A stretch of DNA of 64,000 nt from Macrostomum hystrix (taxonomy: Eukaryota > Animalia > Platyhelminthes): positions 4,650,001 to 4,714,000 of the forward strand of contig CATNEN010000029.1 in assembly GCA_950097015.1 (NCBI GenBank), written 5' to 3'. Positions within the stretch are counted from its first letter, which is position 1. The number at the start of each line of letters is the position of its first letter. Made by a program: the position numbers and the translations under genes. A model generated the notes under the pieces. The model was not told where the DNA came from. It made no database searches and saw nothing but the letters and a program-made list of their open reading frames with translations. Below, piece by piece: positions 60,885 through 64,000 of the stretch.

Positions 60885-61110
60885 CTTGTAGCCAGGTTGT
60901 TAAAGCTTTTATCTTCTCACTGAGAGGTTGGAAGTTCAAATCTTTGCCAAATGGAAAAATTGTTCTCATTAGCGAGTTTAACGCAGCTTTAAAATGGGTA
61001 CCAGCGATTGCTGGCATACAACTTTGAGTCCATGGACTGAACAGTTGTACACAGGTGTAAATTGAACGACAAGCCCCAAATCCTTCTCTCCGCGGCTGAG
61101 CCCCAAAGCT
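60885..61110 (+). mobile_element. Degenerate SINE B copy (+) joined to a SINE A fragment (-)
   Basis: AAATGGGTACCAGC and GTCCATGGACTGAACAGT, followed by GACAAGCCCCAAATCCTTCTCTCCGCGGCTG. Confidence 0.65.
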
Positions 61111-62202
61111 GGGCGTGTTACCTAGTCAGGACTATCCAAATCGTCATTTATTATAGTGAGTCGTTATATTTCATAGCAACACTACTCAGAAACTGGGCGA
61201 TTTAGATTTTCTACTTGTCGTAAAGGTAGAAGAAGTTTTATTATTATTCGGGAAACTCAATTTCATAAAGTCGCCCGATCGTCTTATTACCTCGGTCAGT
61301 GAACCACCGACCAGCCACTTAATCAATCACCCAACGAATTGAAAAATCTCTAGCTATTATTTGGCGACAGTCAGACACGAATCAGCGAGGTGGCAATTCT
61401 GCTCATTCCACTGACTCGTGAGCACAATACATCCACACTGATAAGTGGCGGCGTACACAGGCTTCTTCTACAAGATCAGGCAGTGCGTGTGTACAATACA
61501 ACTCGCGTGTACACACATGAATGTGCACATTCAGTGTACTTACACACTGTAATGTGTACACACTTAAATCTACACGTTTAGCGTACATACACAACCATAT
61601 GTGCACACTTAAATGAGAAAGAGAATGTACACACAGAGTGTACTTACACCCAGTAGTACACACTGTGTACACAAAATATGTTTATACACACAGGCGCGTC
61701 CGCCAAACTACAAAGGCAGCCAAGTGTTGTAAAGTTATTTTATTCGCCTGCTCACAGGTCAGCTCAGGACTGCTCTAGTCAGGCCGGCATGTATGGAGAG
61801 CTGATGCATAATTCACCAAACTGACTGGCAACTGCAGACTCCCAACCGACTCCCAGCGGACTCAAATGAGATACATTTCACAGAGGGCTGCATAAAAATC
61901 GATGACAGTTAATATGGATATTATACGGCATCTTGGACCACAGCTTCAAGCTTTGATCTCAATACTGATCTCTCCATGGGACCCGTCGCAAGAGAAGCCT
62001 CCCGTGTCTTGAATCACCAATTAGCCATTGACTAATCTTTTCGTCTGTAGCTCTGGCTCATTTTTTTGCAAGACTGCTCCCAGATCGATGAGCGAATTTG
62101 TGGCACAATTATTCTTGCCGTTTGATTTGTTACAGCATGAATGATGGGAGGCCTGCTTCTTGCTGTAGGAAATTTGCTCTGTCAGCAATTTTCTCATGCG
62201 CA

Positions 62203-62550
62203 TTCTCACCCATTCTCTCTCATTTTCTCACCCATTCTCTCCGTTTCTCACCCGTTCTCTCCGTTTCTCACCTCTTCTCTCTCATTTTCTCACCCATTCT
62301 CTCTCATTTTCTCACCTCTTCTCTCTCATTTTCTCACCCATTCTCTCTCATTTTCTCACCCGTTCTCTCCGTTTCTCACCCGTTCTCTCCGTTTCTCACC
62401 CGTTCTCTCCGTTTCTCACCCGTTCTCTCCGTTTCTCACCCGTTCTCTCCGTTTCTCACCTCTTCTCTCTCATTTTCTCACCTCTTCTCTCTCATTTTCT
62501 CACCCGATCTCTCTCGCTTTCTCACCCGTTGTCTCTCATTTTCTCACCCA
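62203..62550. repeat. 20/22-bp pyrimidine-rich minisatellite
   Basis: TTCTCACCCGTTCTCTCCGT / TTTTCTCACCCATTCTCTCTCA. Confidence 0.93.
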
Positions 62551-62587
62551 CTCTTACCTTTCTTCTCATGGTGAGACGTACAGCCCA

Positions 62588-62745
62588 GTCACAGCTATTG
62601 CGCAACGCTAATAAAGGCTGCGCACAGCTGTTCAGTCCATGGACTGGGGTGACCGCCAAACTCAACCAAATTTCTTCATCAGCTGATGCGTGGACACAAA
62701 TTTTTCCCTCTCAGTCAGAAGTCCGTAGCTATAATCACTGAGCTA
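62588..62745 (-). mobile_element. SINE family B fragment
   Basis: CAGCTATTGCGC...GGCTGCGCACAGCTGTTCAGTCCATGGACTGGGG. Confidence 0.75.
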
Positions 62746-63525
62746 TAAATGCTGAACTATGTTTTACTATAGTTATGATAGTAAATTCGTAATACGCTGT
62801 TAAAATGATATTTGAGCAGTTCTTGAGGATTAAGATAAAAGATCGGTGAAGAGAGAGGGGGAGAGGAAGCGGAGGGCGCCCCAGTCGCCAAAGTTTGATC
62901 ACCAGGCTCCACTTCCTATTTCTCGGCCCCGACCATCATCTGCCCTCCCCGAAGCCTCCGGCCTACCAAGTCCACAAACGCCTGTCTCTGCGTGCGCCAG
63001 TCCCGGCTATTTGGAGACGACTCACGAGTTCTTCCTAGCGAAAAATGATGGCCAAGGACTGGTGAGAGGGCAGGAGGGAGAGAGGATCCAAGTCACAGCT
63101 GCAGCCACTTCCTCCGCCTCCTCCCTCTCCCATTGTGAAGTCACCTGCAGTCTTAAGCAGCATCTGAGAGGCTGACAGTCAGAGCACTTTAGCTGAGAGA
63201 AATAGTGTCCGGCTCCTTGAATTCATAGCGCTGTGATTTCCTCTGGCAGAAGTGCCGCTCGGGACAGCATTCCTATTCCGATCCCATCCGCCCACCCCAT
63301 CAAGATCCCGATTGGTGCGAATTCTCTTCCCTCTCTCTCCCTCGTCAGCAATTCCCCTCCTCGTTCCTCGGCGCCCTTAGCTAGCTGCGTTGACTTTCGC
63401 AGAGACTTTCAGAAGCGGAGAGACTTCCTAGCAACAGCAGCAGCAGCATCGTCATCTCACTTAAGAGTCGTCAGATTCCCAGCGTCACTCGCCGGATCCT
63501 TCATCAAGCAGGGTCGGGCAGAAAG

Positions 63526-64000
63526 ATGCGGCGACGGCTGGTCCCGGCCGCGGCCGTCGCCCTAGGCCTCGCCTTGGTCCTCGCCGTGCTATCCGCTTTA
63601 GCCGTTGCCCCGGTGGACTCTGTGGAAACCGAAGGCGGGCCGACAGTAGTCTATGGCCGGACTAGCAAGAAGAATCGCTCCCTGGAGAAGAAGCTCATCA
63701 AGACTCTGATCAAGCGCTACAATGAGACTGGAATAATTGGCAGGCCCGTGGCCCAGGCCTCCGACCTGCTGACCATCAGCTTCGGCCTGGCCATCATCCA
63801 GATCCTCGACTTGGACGAGAATCGTCAGTTCCTTCGCACCAACTGCTGGATGCGCTACGGCTGGCAGGACCCGCTGCTGAACTGGACCTGGCCAGGCACT
63901 GAGGAGACCCTGGCCTGGAAGAGCTTCGAGAACATCACCCAGGTGCGCCTGAATCCCGAGGACGTCTGGACGCCGGACATTCGATTGTTTAATTTCGCCG
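63526..64000 (+). CDS. Cys-loop ligand-gated ion channel subunit (nicotinic acetylcholine receptor-type), 3'-partial
   Basis: Open frame from ATG 63526 to the window end: signal peptide MRRRLVPAAAVALGLALVLAVLSALAVA, EKKLIKTLI, RPV, FGLAIIQILDLDE, TNCWMRYGWQDPLLNW, VWTPDIRLFNFA. Confidence 0.93.
   Translation, partial: MRRRLVPAAAVALGLALVLAVLSALAVAPVDSVETEGGPTVVYGRTSKKNRSLEKKLIKTLIKRYNETGIIGRPVAQASDLLTISFGLAIIQILDLDENRQFLRTNCWMRYGWQDPLLNWTWPGTEETLAWKSFENITQVRLNPEDVWTPDIRLFNFA

Noticed and set aside
61860-62200. Stop-riddled minus-strand frame vaguely like a LINE C-terminal region
   Set aside because: Similarity is too weak to call without an HMM search.

Overview
Eukaryotic (metazoan) genomic DNA with GC-rich exons and introns largely filled by distinct minisatellite arrays. 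The gene content and architecture suggest a free-living flatworm such as Macrostomum (inference). Manual splice reconstruction gives six protein genes: (1) the 3' part of a TRPM channel with a C-terminal NUDT9-homology domain (19 exons, 148-17983, +), whose S1/S4/TRP motifs match the praziquantel-target TRPM_PZQ lineage and whose Nudix catalytic box is degenerate; (2) a two-exon secreted precursor not recovered as a single ORF by the ORF track (23146-20764, -): signal peptide, acidic pro-region, KR site, then a 51-aa six-cysteine peptide; (3) aldose 1-epimerase GALM (30968-29248, -); (4) a head-to-head rhodopsin-class GPCR with three altered signature motifs (31956-34111, +); (5) an ERR-like nuclear receptor with atypical zinc-finger spacing (49581-54490, +; 5' end not found); (6) the start of a Cys-loop (nAChR-type) subunit (63526 to window end). 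Mobile DNA: an intact, very young Bel/Pao LTR retrotransposon (identical 347-bp LTRs, 6-bp TSD, tRNA-iMet-type PBS, a minisatellite inside gag) sitting 138 bp upstream of the receptor's DNA-binding exon; a frameshifted D34D mariner; two tRNA-derived SINE families; a TTAA-flanked MITE; a Gypsy integrase relic; and an unclassified interspersed repeat. Most long ORFs in the supplied track over tandem arrays are artefacts. No rRNA, intact tRNA or CRISPR array is supported.
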